A stretch of DNA of 64,000 nucleotides from Octopus sinensis (GCF_006345805.1 NC_043010.1:68076001-68140000); one strand, 5' to 3'; counted from the stretch's first letter, positions 37,478 through 49,903 are shown. A program made the numbers and translations. Notes: generated by a model not told the origin, from the letters alone.

Positions 37478-37729
37478 AATTTTATCTCTTAGTTAGAAAA
37501 AAGTAAACAAAATCCTAGCGTTAGCTGTGTGACTCTTAAAAAAAAAAAGTGATATAATTTCAAGATGGTGTGAAAAAAATCTGGCTATGGTTTGCCAACA
37601 ATCATTCATAGGCTGATGTGTTCTCAGACGTTTTATCTATGAGGAGAAATTTTTCTCAAGACTATTTCTGCAATGAAAGCTCCTTCTACATTCAAATGTA
37701 CCCAAGCATGTTAATATCATTGTGCTTGC

Positions 37730-37769
<40 letters not shown>

Positions 37770-37965
37770 CGTATATTGCTGAAGGGAGGGTCTCTTAGTA
37801 ATGAGAAGACAAGTCAAATAGGGTCACACAAAACTTTATCACATGTTAGGGTTATTGCTATAGATTTTTGTTATGACACGTTTTGTATCTCCTGAAATAT
37901 ATATGCCCATTTCTCTTTTTCATCTTCAATGTCATTGTTTACATCTGACATCTCAGATATGAAAT

Positions 37966-38266
37966 CATCATCATCATCGTTTAACGTCCGCTTTTCATGC
38001 TAGCATGGGTTGGACGATTTTGACTGAGGGCTGGTGAACCAGATGGCTGCACCAGGCTCCAATCTTGATTTGGCAGAGTTTCTACAGCTGGATGCCCTTC
38101 CTAACGCCAACCACTCCAAGAGTGTATTGAGTGCTTTTTACGTGCCACCGGCACAAGTGCCACTCAGGCGGTACTGGCAATGACCTTGCTCAAATCTTTT
38201 TACACGTGCCACCGGCACAGGTGCCAGTGAAGCGATGTTGGTAACGATCATGCTCGAATGGTGCCC
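37966..38266 (-). mobile_element. SINE-like family B with (GAT)n tail
   Basis: CATCATCATCGTTTAACGTCCGC...GGATGCCCTTCCTAACGCCAACCACTCC plus internal GTGCCACCGGCAC repeats. Confidence 0.85.
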
Positions 38267-38380
38267 TGGCTATAATCTGTAGGGATAACCCTAACGAGTG
38301 GTGTAAAGCACACTGCTATCACTGTAGAGCACTGTATTGACTTATAAAACATTTAATATACTTTATAGTATATTAAATAT

Positions 38381-38634
38381 ATAAATAAATGCGCCCTTTT
38401 AAAGCCTAGCCAGGATTATGGGCCCGGTTTCCCGGTTTCTATGGCGTATGTGTTCTCCAGCTGGATGGGAGCCAGTCCATTGCAGCGTTACTCATTTTTG
38501 CCAGCTGAGTGGACTGGAGCAATGTGAAATGAAGTGTTTTGCTCAAGAACACAACGCGCTGTCAGGACCAGGAATTGAAACCACAATCTTATGATCATGA
38601 TGCTGACACCCTAACCACTGAGCCATGCGCCTCC
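38381..38634 (-). mobile_element. tRNA-derived SINE family D
   Basis: Colinear with 31167-31409. Confidence 0.85.
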
Positions 38635-39066
38635 ATATTTATAGCATATTACAGTTGCATAATGAAATACCACGTCCCTACAGGTCATTAATATTTATGT
38701 ACCAGCTTCCAGGAATGCGTTTGATATGTAAAATTGGTATATCAAATGATGTTACACTGCTATATATATATGGAGTGGCTGTTTAAGCAATGTGTTTGTT
38801 TGTAGATAATTAAGGGTTTAGATAAGTGCTGATAAAGGAGCAAAAACTCTCAAAATATGGCATATATGCCCATTACCCTTTTTTCATCTTTGATCTCACT
38901 GTTAGTTTACATCTGACATCTTGGATACGAAATGTCGTTGCAAAAATCACTGCTGGCTACAATTTCTATTGGATATCCATAGAGATAACAAGTGATGTAA
39001 AACACACTGCTAACACTGTAGGACATGGTATTGACTTATAAAGACATTTGATATACTTTATAATAT

Positions 39067-39465
39067 ACTAGCAGTATTGCCTGGTGTTGCTCGGGGTTGT
39101 TTCGACCCTTTAGAATTGGAATTTTTGAAAAGTAAAAATTTTGCATTATGTAGCTTGTTATTCTCTTTAAGTGAACATTTTTCTGGTTGAAATACACCGA
39201 AAAATGGCGACACAGCAGTCAAAATATCGTAAAAAAATAGGGATTTTCATAGAAAAAAAAAGCACCTTTTTGATGTAAATAGTTTTTGGTGTTAACATGG
39301 TCCGATTTGAATTTTATCTTCTACGAAATGAAGAGCAAACCTTCTTCTATCATACTCTCAGCTTTGGTCAACTTGTGCCGCAGGGTCTCGGAGGAGATAG
39401 TGTTAGTTGAAGGCTACCAAACCTTCCACACACACACAGACAACTTCAGCTTTATATATAGAGAT
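39067..39465 (+). mobile_element. Helitron/Helentron-like non-autonomous element
   Basis: Starts ACTAGCAGTATTGCCTGGTGTTGCTCGGG and ends (CA)n-GACAACTTCAGCTTTATATATAGAGAT, the end architecture typical of Lep1-like short rolling-circle elements. Assignment by resemblance. Confidence 0.5.
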
Positions 39466-39941
39466 GATTATGTTTTCATAATGAAATACTGCAACCCTTT
39501 AAGTCATTAACAAAACTTTATAAGCAACACAGCAATTTTACAAAAGGGAGTGTAGGAGCTCTCTGCTAGCAAGAACATCTTTTTTTAATAGTATGTGCTT
39601 CAAATAGTCTATTGTTTGGGTGAGATCATTTGTTTGTATAATTTTTCACTTCCTGTGCTGTGGGAGTAAAGAATGCTCAGTCCAAAACGGTGATGGTTCA
39701 CATTGTTCACATTGGTGTCCACTAACAAACAGTTAAGTTTTTTCAGTCAAAAGTAGACAGTGATTTTAGTGGTATATATTTTTTGGTTATACTCAGGATG
39801 TTGACCTTATTGACAATTTATATATCCATCTTTTGCTTGTTTCACTCATTAAGCTGCAGTCATGCTGGGGCACCACTTCGAAGAATTGTAGTTGAATAAA
39901 TTTACATTTGACAGATATTTGTCCTCATTTTGTTTGTTGTT

Positions 39942-39987
39942 CACACAACGTTTCAGCTGATATACCCTCCAGCCTTCATCAGGTGTC
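39942..39987 (-). ncRNA. Minimal type I hammerhead ribozyme, best-preserved copy
   Basis: Minus strand GACAC-CUGAUGA-A-GGCUG(GAGGGUAUAU)CAGCU-GAAAC-GUU-GUGUG; all core nucleotides present. Confidence 0.65.
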
Positions 39988-40173
39988 TTGGGGAAATTTC
40001 GAACCTGGGGTTCTCATTCCTAAGCTATTTTTCAATGTTATTATTTTTCAGGTCACTGCCTGGAATTGAACTCGGAATGTGCTCTTAACCCCAAGATTCC
40101 AAGTTCTATTCCAGGCATTGACCTGAAAAATAATAATAATATCAAAAATATCTTAGGTTCGAAATTTACCCAA

Positions 40174-40219
40174 AACACCTGATGAAGGTTGGAGGGTATA
40201 TCAGCCAAAACATTGTGTT
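40174..40219 (+). ncRNA. Hammerhead motif, inactivated (G12 to A; GUU to AUU)
   Basis: AACAC-CUGAUGA-A-GGUUG(10)CAGCC-AAAAC-AUU-GUGUU; both G-to-A changes fall at former CpGs. Confidence 0.5.
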
Positions 40220-40689
40220 AACAACAAACAAGATGAGGACAAATATCCGTCAATTGTAAATAATGTACATAATTCCTCATCTCTTAAATATAGAACTGTA
40301 AAATCGAATCCAGTATTTTATTTTATCTCATCTAATTTTTTTAAAAAAACTGTTCTGTATTCTGTCAGTCTGTTTTGTTGAACTGCTCAGTGATGGTGAT
40401 GAACAGATACAGACACATATGCACCATGAGGCTTTGTTCAGCCCAAGGCTATAGTTGAAGGCACTGGCTCAAGGAACCATTTGGCTGGGAAGCAAACTTC
40501 TTATCATACAACCACATACACACACTCACACAAATAATCACTGCTCTTCTCACATCCTCTATATACATATATATATTCATACATGCATGCACGTAGGAAT
40601 GAATACTTGCATGTTTATTCATGTAAACACACGAACAGTAATTCATACCAAATGCACTTTACACATACATGCACTGCAATTGCCCATAC

Positions 40690-40756
40690 AATTGCTGTTG
40701 CTGCTGCTGCTGTTACTTCTACTTCTATCACCACTACCACTGTTACTGCCACCACC

Positions 40757-40809
<53 letters not shown>

Positions 40810-40847
40810 CACTACTACTACTGCTGCTGCCACCGCTGCCACTACTA

Positions 40848-40899
<52 letters not shown>

Positions 40900-40900
40900 A
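40690..40900. repeat. (ACT/ACC/GCT)n trinucleotide array
   Basis: Direct inspection. Confidence 0.95.
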
Positions 40901-41118
40901 GAATCAAACTCTCTTTCGCACACACCCTCACACCCTATAACATGCAAAAAGAACCTAAAAAGCCCAGGCAAATAGTTATTGTCATGAAATCATGCCTGTA
41001 AATGACACTTATTGTCTTTCTCCCCCACAATTCCGAATTCTTTGTTTCTTCCTCGCCCACCCCATTTACCTACCCTTATTGATCAGGGATGGTTTGTTTG
41101 TCTACCCCAGCAATACCT

Positions 41119-41181
<63 letters not shown>

Positions 41182-41652
41182 CTTATCTGATAAGGCAACC
41201 AGCATGGACTGTTGTCTGTCCCATTGTCTTCTGGGCAAACAAATTGTTGGAGACACTTGTGAATTGCATTTTTGCTAGGCTTTATTTGATGTGGTTAATG
41301 ATGATGGTGATTGTTGTGGTTGACGTGATTGAAGAAGCAATCATTCACACAAGCACGGACCAACACATACCTTTTGATATACACAATTGTGCACAGAAAC
41401 ACGCATATGTGTAGGCATATCTATACACACTCATATACATACATATATACATACATACATGCAATATATATGGTATAATTTAATTTTATCATTGTTATTT
41501 CATTGTTGAATTGATAAAAAGTGGTTCTTCTCAAATTTATATACATATATTGTATATTGTGAAATTTGATTTAGTGTTACTAAATTGAATTTTTCTCTGT
41601 AAGTTTGGAATAATATTCCTTAATATTATTACTATTATTATTATTATTATTA

Positions 41653-41905
41653 GTGCCGGTGGCACGTAAAAAGCACCATCCGATCGTGGCTGTTGCCAGC
41701 CTTGCCTGGCACCCGTGCTGGTGGCACATAGAAGGCACCGTCCGACCGTGGCCATTTGCCAGCCCCGTCTGGCACCTGTGCTGGTGGCATGTAAAAAGCA
41801 CTCACTACACTCATGGAGTGGTTGGTGTTAGGAAGGGCATCCAGCCGTAGAAACATTGCCAGATCAGACTGGGCCTGGTGCAGCCTTCTGGCTTCCCAGA
41901 CCCCA

Positions 41906-41907
<2 letters not shown>
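41653..41907 (+). mobile_element. SINE-like family B fragment within a (TTA)n array
   Basis: Three internal GTGCCGGTGGCAC-type units plus the family B core; (TTA)n on both sides. Confidence 0.8.
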
Positions 41908-41949
<42 letters not shown>

Positions 41950-42599
41950 CACACAGCTCTTGTGGCCAATAAAAGAACATGCCAACTTATGTAGACACAT
42001 TACATAGGCACACACATATCCATAGACATACCAACTTGCACATATACATATAGTCATACAAACACACACATACATAGACATACCAGTGCACACATGCATA
42101 CATAGATATAACAACACACAGACCAATACATGCGCATAGACATACCAGCACAAATGTACCAATACATATATGCATAGTCATAATCATACACTAATACATT
42201 GACATCACATATACAGACTAACCAACTCACACGCACACAAAGACTAGCTAATAGACACACATTCCATCTTTCACACCAACTCCCACATGCTTAAACATTT
42301 CAATATATACATATAAGCATCACACACACACACACACACACACACATCTACACACACGTTGACACAGACTAATATACAGACACGCCTACACATTCACACA
42401 CACACACACACATACACATTCTTGTAAATTTGTGTGTGTGTGTGTCATTGTCAGTCTTAAATCTATGTTGCATAGCAACGGAAAGTTAATCCTTAGGTGG
42501 TGTGTTGGTGGTGGTTGTCATGGTTGGTAGGGTGGTTTCTCTTGTCTCACCCTTCATTGTGGGTATAATTACTGTTTAATTAGGAAGTTTGGGGGTTTT

Positions 42600-43244
42600 A
42601 GGTATGTTATGGTTTAGTTTATTTTTTTTGTGTGTGTATGTATGTTATGTGTTCCTGCATGTGTGAATGTGTGTGCTTGTATGTGTATGTATATATATAT
42701 ATATATACACACACACACGTGTTGGTGTGTGTTGACATGTATGTAAGTGTTGGTGTGTATGTGTTAGTGTGAGCGTGTGTGTATAAATTTATTGGTGTGT
42801 GTGGGTGTGTATGCATGTCTGTGTTGGTGTATGTGTGTGTGTTGGTGTGTGTGTGTGTGTGCGTGTTTGTATGTACTGGTGTATGTGTGTGTGTACTTAC
42901 ACGTGTGTATGTGTGTGCTTGTACATGTGTTGGTGTGTGTGCGCGTGTACATATGTCGGTGTGCGTGCACGTTTATGTATGTGTTGGTGTGCATGCACGT
43001 TTATTTATGTGTTGGTGTGCATGCACGTGTATGTATGTCGGTGTGCATGTGCATGCATGTACGTGTTTGTGCGTGTGTGTATGTATATGTTTGTGTGTGT
43101 GTGTGTGTGTGCATGTATGTATATGTTGGTGTATGTAGGTAGGTGTTGGCATATGTATGAGTTGACATACGTGTATGTGTGTGCATAAGTCTATAATACT
43201 TTGTGTTGAAACTCAAGGAACAGTTAATAATTTTTTAAAATCCT

Positions 43245-43290
<46 letters not shown>
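42600..43290. repeat. Degenerate (TG)n tract
   Basis: Direct inspection. Confidence 0.9.
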
Positions 43291-43294
<4 letters not shown>

Positions 43295-43511
43295 GTGCAT
43301 ATACACAATACTTTAAATATTATCCATTTATTACAGACTAACTTTTCCCAGAAGCAATATAGCTGTAACGAAGGGAAGTCGGTTCTAATAGCCTATTGAA
43401 ACTGGGTCACTGATACGATTCAGTGGGAATCATCTTACATATAATTTTCTGTGTTGCTGTGAGATCTTTACTGTTTTATAAATTGCTGCTTTATTATAAT
43501 GTCAAACTAGT

Positions 43512-44455
43512 AAAGAGCAGTTACAGAATCACTAGGAGTAAAAGAGCTCGTTGCTGTTTTTTTTGTGTTTTTTCTGTCTGATTTTAAAAAAAATTTTTGG
43601 GTGTTACATTCATCTTCATTTGAACTTGACAGCTAATTGAATTGTAAGTAGAAATTTGCTGTAAGGCAGCAGGAGAAATCTTCAGAAGAGCTCCTGTCAA
43701 ATCAGTGTTTTGGCCTCGTAATCCCCGACACTTTGAGAGCTGGGCCCGTTTTCGAAATGCCACCCTTTGTGAAGATTGAACTTGGAACTTTTGGTTGATG
43801 ATCTTATTTCCAGTTTAGAACAGAAAAGAGCAGTTATGCAATCGTTGAATAGTAAAAGAGCTCATTTCTCTTTCTTTTCTGTCTGTTTTTTAAAATTTAT
43901 GCGTGTACATACATCTTCATTTGAACTTTCATAGCTAATTGTATTATAAGTAGAAATTTGCTCTAAGACAGCAGGAGAAATTTCCAGAGGAAGAACTTCC
44001 ATCAAGCTAGTTATTTGGCCTATTAATTCCTGACACTCTAAGTTAGCTGGGCGCACTTATGTCATGGTCCTAGATGTTCTCCTGCTGTTTTTGAAATGCT
44101 ACCTTTCACGAGGATTGAACTTGTGGAGTGAGCAGACAGCAAGAAAAATTTTCAGAAGAAAGATTCCCATCAGGCTAGTGTTTCAGCCTGTTCCTGACAC
44201 TCCAAAGGAGCTGGGCCCTCCTTGGTCAAGACTCATTTGTGTCTCCCTGCTTGTTTTTAAAATGCTACCTTTAGTGGGGATTGAAATCGGAAACTTCGAG
44301 TCGTTTTATTTCCCTGAACTTTGGTGTATATAATAAATGGGAGTGGTAAGAAATTGTCAAGAGAGTTGAGCAGCAGCAGGTCTTTAGAGAAGAAACCCCA
44401 CTCAAGTAAGTTTTTTGGCCCTTAATATCTTACACTCTAAGGGGTCTGGACCACA
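43512..44455. repeat. Diverged tandem array: 2 full ~313-bp units plus 2 partial cores
   Basis: AAAGAGCAGTTA...AGTAAAAGAGCTC at 43512 and 43825; core CAGCAGGAGAAAT..CAGA.GA...GGCC....CC.GACACT...AGCTGGGC occurs 4 times. Confidence 0.8.
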
Positions 44456-44805
44456 TCCAGGTTATTTATACGTCTTCTTTCCAATCATGTATTGGATGCA
44501 TTTTTATCATAGCATCTTCACTAGAGAGGCTATACACCCTCGATGGCCGTTAAGGGACTTGACCAAAGATGGACCACAACAAAAGTGAAGGCACCATCAT
44601 TTTAGAGGGACACAAAGTGTTCCAAGTGTGTCAAAAGACACTGAAGCTTCACAAATTTCCAAACCGTTTTCTGTATCTTGCTGCTACTTACTTTAGAAAA
44701 CCTTTGCAGGAGAGAAAAGTGAAGGTATGGGTGCATGAAGTTTGCTTTGCTATCACTTAAAACCAGGAACTTTTCAGCAACCCCTCGTTTGCGCACGCAC
44801 ACATG

Positions 44806-45024
44806 CGAGGGGGTGCTGAAAAGTTCTTGGCTTTGGGTAAAAGAAAATACAAGAGGATCAGAGTTAATTATGATTTTATTCAACATATTCCCTTCTCAGA
44901 TTCACTCACTTATTGCCGTGGTCATTCAGTGTTTCTAAGTCCTGTGAAAGGACTTGGAAGTTTGGGCCTCCATCAAGGCCTTTCATGATATCCTTAAAAC
45001 TAGGAACTTTCCAGCACCCTCTTG
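44806..45024. mobile_element. mariner-like MITE (~219 bp)
   Basis: CGAGGGGGTGCTGAAAAGTTC left TIR and GAACTTTCCAGCACCCTCTTG|TA right TIR; partial copies at 29294-29430, 44755-44788 and 46680-46715. Confidence 0.7.
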
Positions 45025-45574
45025 TATATATGCCAGTGTGTATTTATGTTGAATTTCTTCATGTCTTGAGACAAAATAATTTTTAAGAAGCCAATGCAAA
45101 CTTAGACCTCTAACCCATCTTGGTGAGTAGTAATCCCTAAAAAGAACCAATTTGAACCACAGCCTGTCTAACCCATGCCAGCATGGAAAATGGACATAAA
45201 ATGATTGTGATGCTCATAATGATGATGGTGATTGGTCAGAGAAACAAACTTCATCCCAGAGACAAGAACTTCCTTTGTCACCACCATGATGCTGTGTAGC
45301 CATGGTTACTGCTGAGAGGCTTTTGTGTCCAGAGATGGGGGTGGATGGAGTTGAGGACATGAATGATTTATTTTAATCTTTGTGTAAATAGTTGGTTGTT
45401 TTAGGAATCTGGTTTCATGTTTTATCGGTATTGCTGGTTGGCATGTACACACTTGGCTTTGAAAATGTCTTCTGTCACCTCAGGCTGACCAAACCTTGTG
45501 AGTGGGATTCCGTAGATGGAAGCTGTACAGAAGCTAATTGATGTATGCATGTGTGCGTGTGTGTGTGTGTGTGT

Positions 45575-45610
<36 letters not shown>

Positions 45611-45820
45611 TGTAAGGTGCAGGCGTGGCTTTGTGGTGAAGAAATCTGGTTCTCAATCACATTTTTTTGCGTTTAGTCCCACTGACTCGCACACCTTGAG
45701 CAAGTATCTTCTACTATAGCCTTATGAGTAGATTTCGTAGGCAGAAACTGAAAGACGCTTATGTATATGTGTGTTTGTATATACATGTATATGTGTGTAA
45801 ATATTATGCATATGTGTAAG

Positions 45821-45848
<28 letters not shown>

Positions 45849-45851
<3 letters not shown>

Positions 45852-46196
45852 TATACATACAATATTAGATATGTACATATATACACAAGTACTTTTGACT
45901 TAGTGCCCTTGTGTATATATGTACATATCTATTATTGTATGTATATATTTTATTAATTTGCCTGTACAGCTAATAATTTGCTTGCCACTTGTGATGCTAT
46001 TTTAATAATACCATCCCTATATATATATATATACACATACAATATTAGATATGTACATATATACACAAGTACTTTTGACTTAGTGCCCTTGTGTATATAT
46101 GTACATATCTAATATTGTATGTATATATTTTATTAATTTGCCTGTACAGCTAATAATTCACTTGCCACTTGTGATGCTATTTTAATAATACCATCC

Positions 46197-46210
<14 letters not shown>
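45849..46210. repeat. 180-bp tandem duplication, each unit a long hairpin
   Basis: Period exactly 180. Arms 45849-45889 and 45908-45948 pair at 40 of 41 positions around an 18-nt loop. Confidence 0.9.
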
Positions 46211-46235
<25 letters not shown>

Positions 46236-47504
46236 TATATATATATAAAATATGTGTGTATATATAAAATGATTTATGATGGTAGTGGGGGCATTTTGAT
46301 TGTACCAAAGAGACTTCGCTTTTTTTTCTTTTTCAAATTGCTTGTATCATCTCAAGACTCCTGACAAGTGTTGTATTATGGTGACAGGGTGAGATTTGAA
46401 CTTTGTACAAAGCTGGGACCTCTGTAAAAATGTGATTGTTAGGATACATGAAGTGTCAGTTTAAAAAAAAGGTGGGGGTGTGTGTGCACAATATCAATGT
46501 TTCATGAAAATCAGTGTTTAAGAAAATAGGGGCTTTAAGATTATTAGGGTTGTAGGAAATCAGGGGTGGGGAGGGGATGTGCATGGGGGCAACAAATTTT
46601 CAAGATTAAATAATAAAACAAAATAGAATTGAAAATTAAAAAATTGAAAGTCCAGTGATTCATGTTACCTTTCATGGTACCCTTAAATCCAGGAAATTAC
46701 CAGCACCCTCTTGTATATATGCCAGTGTCTATTTATGTTGAATTGTGGCATCTTGTGTTACCTTGTTTAATTAAATGTGGATCCTGCAGTTGTGTGAGTT
46801 AAAGATTGTCATACATATATACCCACACATTTGCATTTTCATGGTTTCCAGTAGTTAAGGTCAGTCATCAGAGTCCAATTTAATGACATTTAACTGGAGA
46901 GCATGACCATGTGGGTGAAGAAGAGGGAGATAAGTTCATCTGGATAAGAAGCTAGTTCATTGCCAATTGTGACTTTCTCAAAAGAATTTGGTATATCTAT
47001 CTACATAGCTATTCCTGACATGGTAAACTGAAGCATTGTAGAATTCATTTGTACTCTCTCCAGAGACACAGTGGAATGTTTGCTGTGGATTTGAATTTCA
47101 AACCTTATGAATTAGTAATCCATTACTTTACTCACTTGATGTGAGTTTTTCTTTGTTTTTTTTTGGGGTTTTGGTTTTGGTTGGTTGTTTGCTATGCAAA
47201 ATGGTATGGTTGCCAAGGAATCTAACTGAGATTACAAGGCATATGGATTACAAGAAGTAGACATCTGCATGTTTCATTTTATATTTTTGTATCCAAATTC
47301 TTCTCTATTCAACAGAGAGTATTTTACTCTTTCATACTTGATTTTAACTAAAAAAAGAAGAAAAAAAAAACCTTGGGTGGAACTTAAAACATGCGACAAG
47401 AATATGACGGGAATAAATTGTGTACCAAGATTTAAAACTAAATTAGGTGTGCAACTTATACAGAAGCCCATACTTCGCTCTCTCTCTTTTTGTTTTTGCT
47501 TTTT

Positions 47505-48110
47505 TGGCTTGGCTTCATGAGTGAAGATTCATGGAAAAGAATGTCCATGTTTGTTGCTGGCCAGCTAATGCCATACAAGTCCAATTTGGGACAAGCAGGC
47601 ATGACTTCAGAGATTGCATGGGAAAATAGGCTGACCAGGGTTGGTCTTTGTTCCCTTTTTGTTCCCCCTTGCCTGCAAGGATGGTTCTGCAAGTGTCTTT
47701 AAAAGAGGCTGATGCCCAGAGGACAGTGAGATGCCAGGTTTCATGAACAGTAGCAAGAACAGGCCACTGGTGGTGATCAGTGTGGCTGGAACCAAGGGAT
47801 TTTTTTAGGGAGTCTTTGTACCTTTTTAGTGCTCTTCTTTAACAGTGACCAGAGGAGAGTTTATGATACAGTGTGTTCTTGAGAAGTCAATGATCCTCCA
47901 TCCTGGCAACATGTCCTGCCCAGTGTAGCAGGACAGGACATGTTGCAGAACTGCTTTGATACTGGTGGTCTTTTACTGCTCTGAGATCTTAATGTTAGTA
48001 ACAAAGCCACTCCAGTGGATGCTGAGGAAGATGCAAAGGTAGCGCTGATGGTCTTGCTCAAAGAGTTGTCAGTGGTATTGATAGTTGACCTGTGAATCTG
48101 AGCCATGCAA
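47505..48110 (-). mobile_element. RTE-clade (BovB/RTE-1-like) LINE, 3' fragment, decayed
   Basis: Minus-strand frames give LFEQDHQRYLCIFLSIHWSGFVTNIKISEQ*KTTSIKAVL, RMEDH*LLK...KRYKDSLKKSL and FPCNL*SHACLSQIGL, matching the RTE ORF C-terminus. 3' end GAAGCCAAGCCA. Confidence 0.85.
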
Positions 48111-48185
48111 GAAGGTGGTCAGAACAACTAATCTTGTGACTTAATACATGAGTAAAAATGTTGTATATATCAGTCAATATATAGC

Positions 48186-48705
48186 GGGGTGCAAAGAGCA
48201 CCATACGAGGGTGATTGTTGACAGAGCGGCTAACCGGCTTCCATGCCAGTAGCACATAAAAGGGCACCATTCGAGTGTGATTGTTACCAGTGTCGCCTTA
48301 CTGGCACTTGAGCCTGTGCTAGAAGGGTGCCAAGAGCACCATCTGAGCGTGATCGTTGCTAGAGCAGCCAAATGGCTCCGTGCCAGTGGCACGTGAAAGG
48401 GCATCATTCAAGCATGATCGTTACCAATGTTGCCTTACTGGCACCTGTGCGGGTGGCACATGTAAAAAGATTCGAGTAAGGTCATTGTCAGCACCGCCTG
48501 ACTAGCCCCATGCCGGTGGCACGTAAAAAGCACCCACTACACTCTTGGAGTGGTTGGCATTAGGAAGGGCATCCAGCTGTAGAAACAATGCCAGATCAAG
48601 ATTGGAGCCTGGTGCGGCCGTCTGGTTCACCAGTCCTCAGTCAAATCATCCAACCCATGCTAGCATGGGAAGCGGACGTTAAATGATGATGATGATGGTG
48701 ATGAT
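48186..48705 (+). mobile_element. Long SINE-like family B copy with tandem internal subunits
   Basis: Alternating GAGCACCAT../GGGCACCATTCGAG.. subunits, then the family B core and (GAT)n tail. Confidence 0.85.
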
Positions 48706-49523
48706 CAATATTCAAGAATGAAGCAGAATTTCTTTTAATCCTGGAGATGGAGCAGATAAGTCAGTGATTGAGTCTAGATTAACAATGTGAATACATTGAA
48801 AAGATTAATTCTTTGTATATAACTTAGAAGGGCCTGGTATTTGCTTACAAGATGTCATTCATCTTTCATTTCTCTGAAGATGACCTGATTTACAGCTTTA
48901 TGCTTTGTGAGTCCTGAAGTGACTTATTAGGCCAACATTGACATACAATCTATGATAATAGTGGTGGTGGGGCACGTAGAGTCAGGATCCAGTTGGACTT
49001 TTGCTTCCTATGTAGCCCTCATTTCTCATTTTTACATATATTGGCTCATGATTAGGCCAGGTAAATTGTGGCTTTGTAGAATTGTTTTGTTCTAAAGTTG
49101 CTGGCATATTATCTGAAAGGACCACATTTCTTCCATTCCACCCCCCATTTTTTCCATCTGTAAAAATGGTATAAATTTATCAAGGAATTTAACCAAGAAT
49201 ACAGGACATCTTTGTTGAATATTTAAGCATCCAAGATCCTTATTCTCTAAATTACTCAAAGCTACTGTCAATCTTTTTTCCAGTCAACCCTGATCTAAGA
49301 CATTCCAGCTGTGACCATTCTATTTTCTTAGCAATGTGGAGGACCATATTGTCAAATGTGTCCATTCTCTCTCTATGTAAGATGTTAGGTTGTGATATGA
49401 GCGAGATTTGGCTGTTCTTTTCAAATGACCATGGTTCTCATTGACTTTAGTACTCAGTATTTGAAAGATTGATGACTCATGGTTTACCTTGTGTATCTCG
49501 CATGTGTTTTAAGACTTTCCATA

Positions 49524-49903
49524 TGCACAGGTATAGCTGTGTGGTAAGACACCTGCTTTCCAACCACATGGTTTCAGGTTCTGCCCCACTGCATAGCACC
49601 TTGTGCAAGCATCTTCTACTATAGCCTAAGGTTGATTAAAGCCTTGTGAGTGGATTTGGCAGATGGAAACTTAAAGAAGCCATATATATATATATATCTG
49701 TCTGTCCATCACCATTGCTTGGCAACTAGTTTTGGTTTGTTTATATCCCTGTGACTGAGCAGTTCAGCAAAAGAGACCAATAGAATAAGTACCAGGCTTA
49801 AGAAAAAAAAAATCTACTTGGTTTGATAAGTTTTGACTGAAGCTTTCAAGGTGCTGCCCCTGCATGGCTGCTGTCCAGTGACTGAAATAACTAAAAGATA
49901 AAG
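49524..49903 (+). mobile_element. tRNA-derived SINE family A, older and CpG-decayed
   Basis: Colinear with family A with many C>T and G>A changes. Confidence 0.75.

Larger units (their letters stand above)
39901..40299. mobile_element. Head-to-head palindromic pair of the hammerhead-bearing element
   Basis: Left arm 39901-40078 (minus) and right arm ~40096-40262 (+) are reverse complements. The right copy continues to AAATATAGAACTGT. Inserted inside a SINE A tail fragment. Confidence 0.85.
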
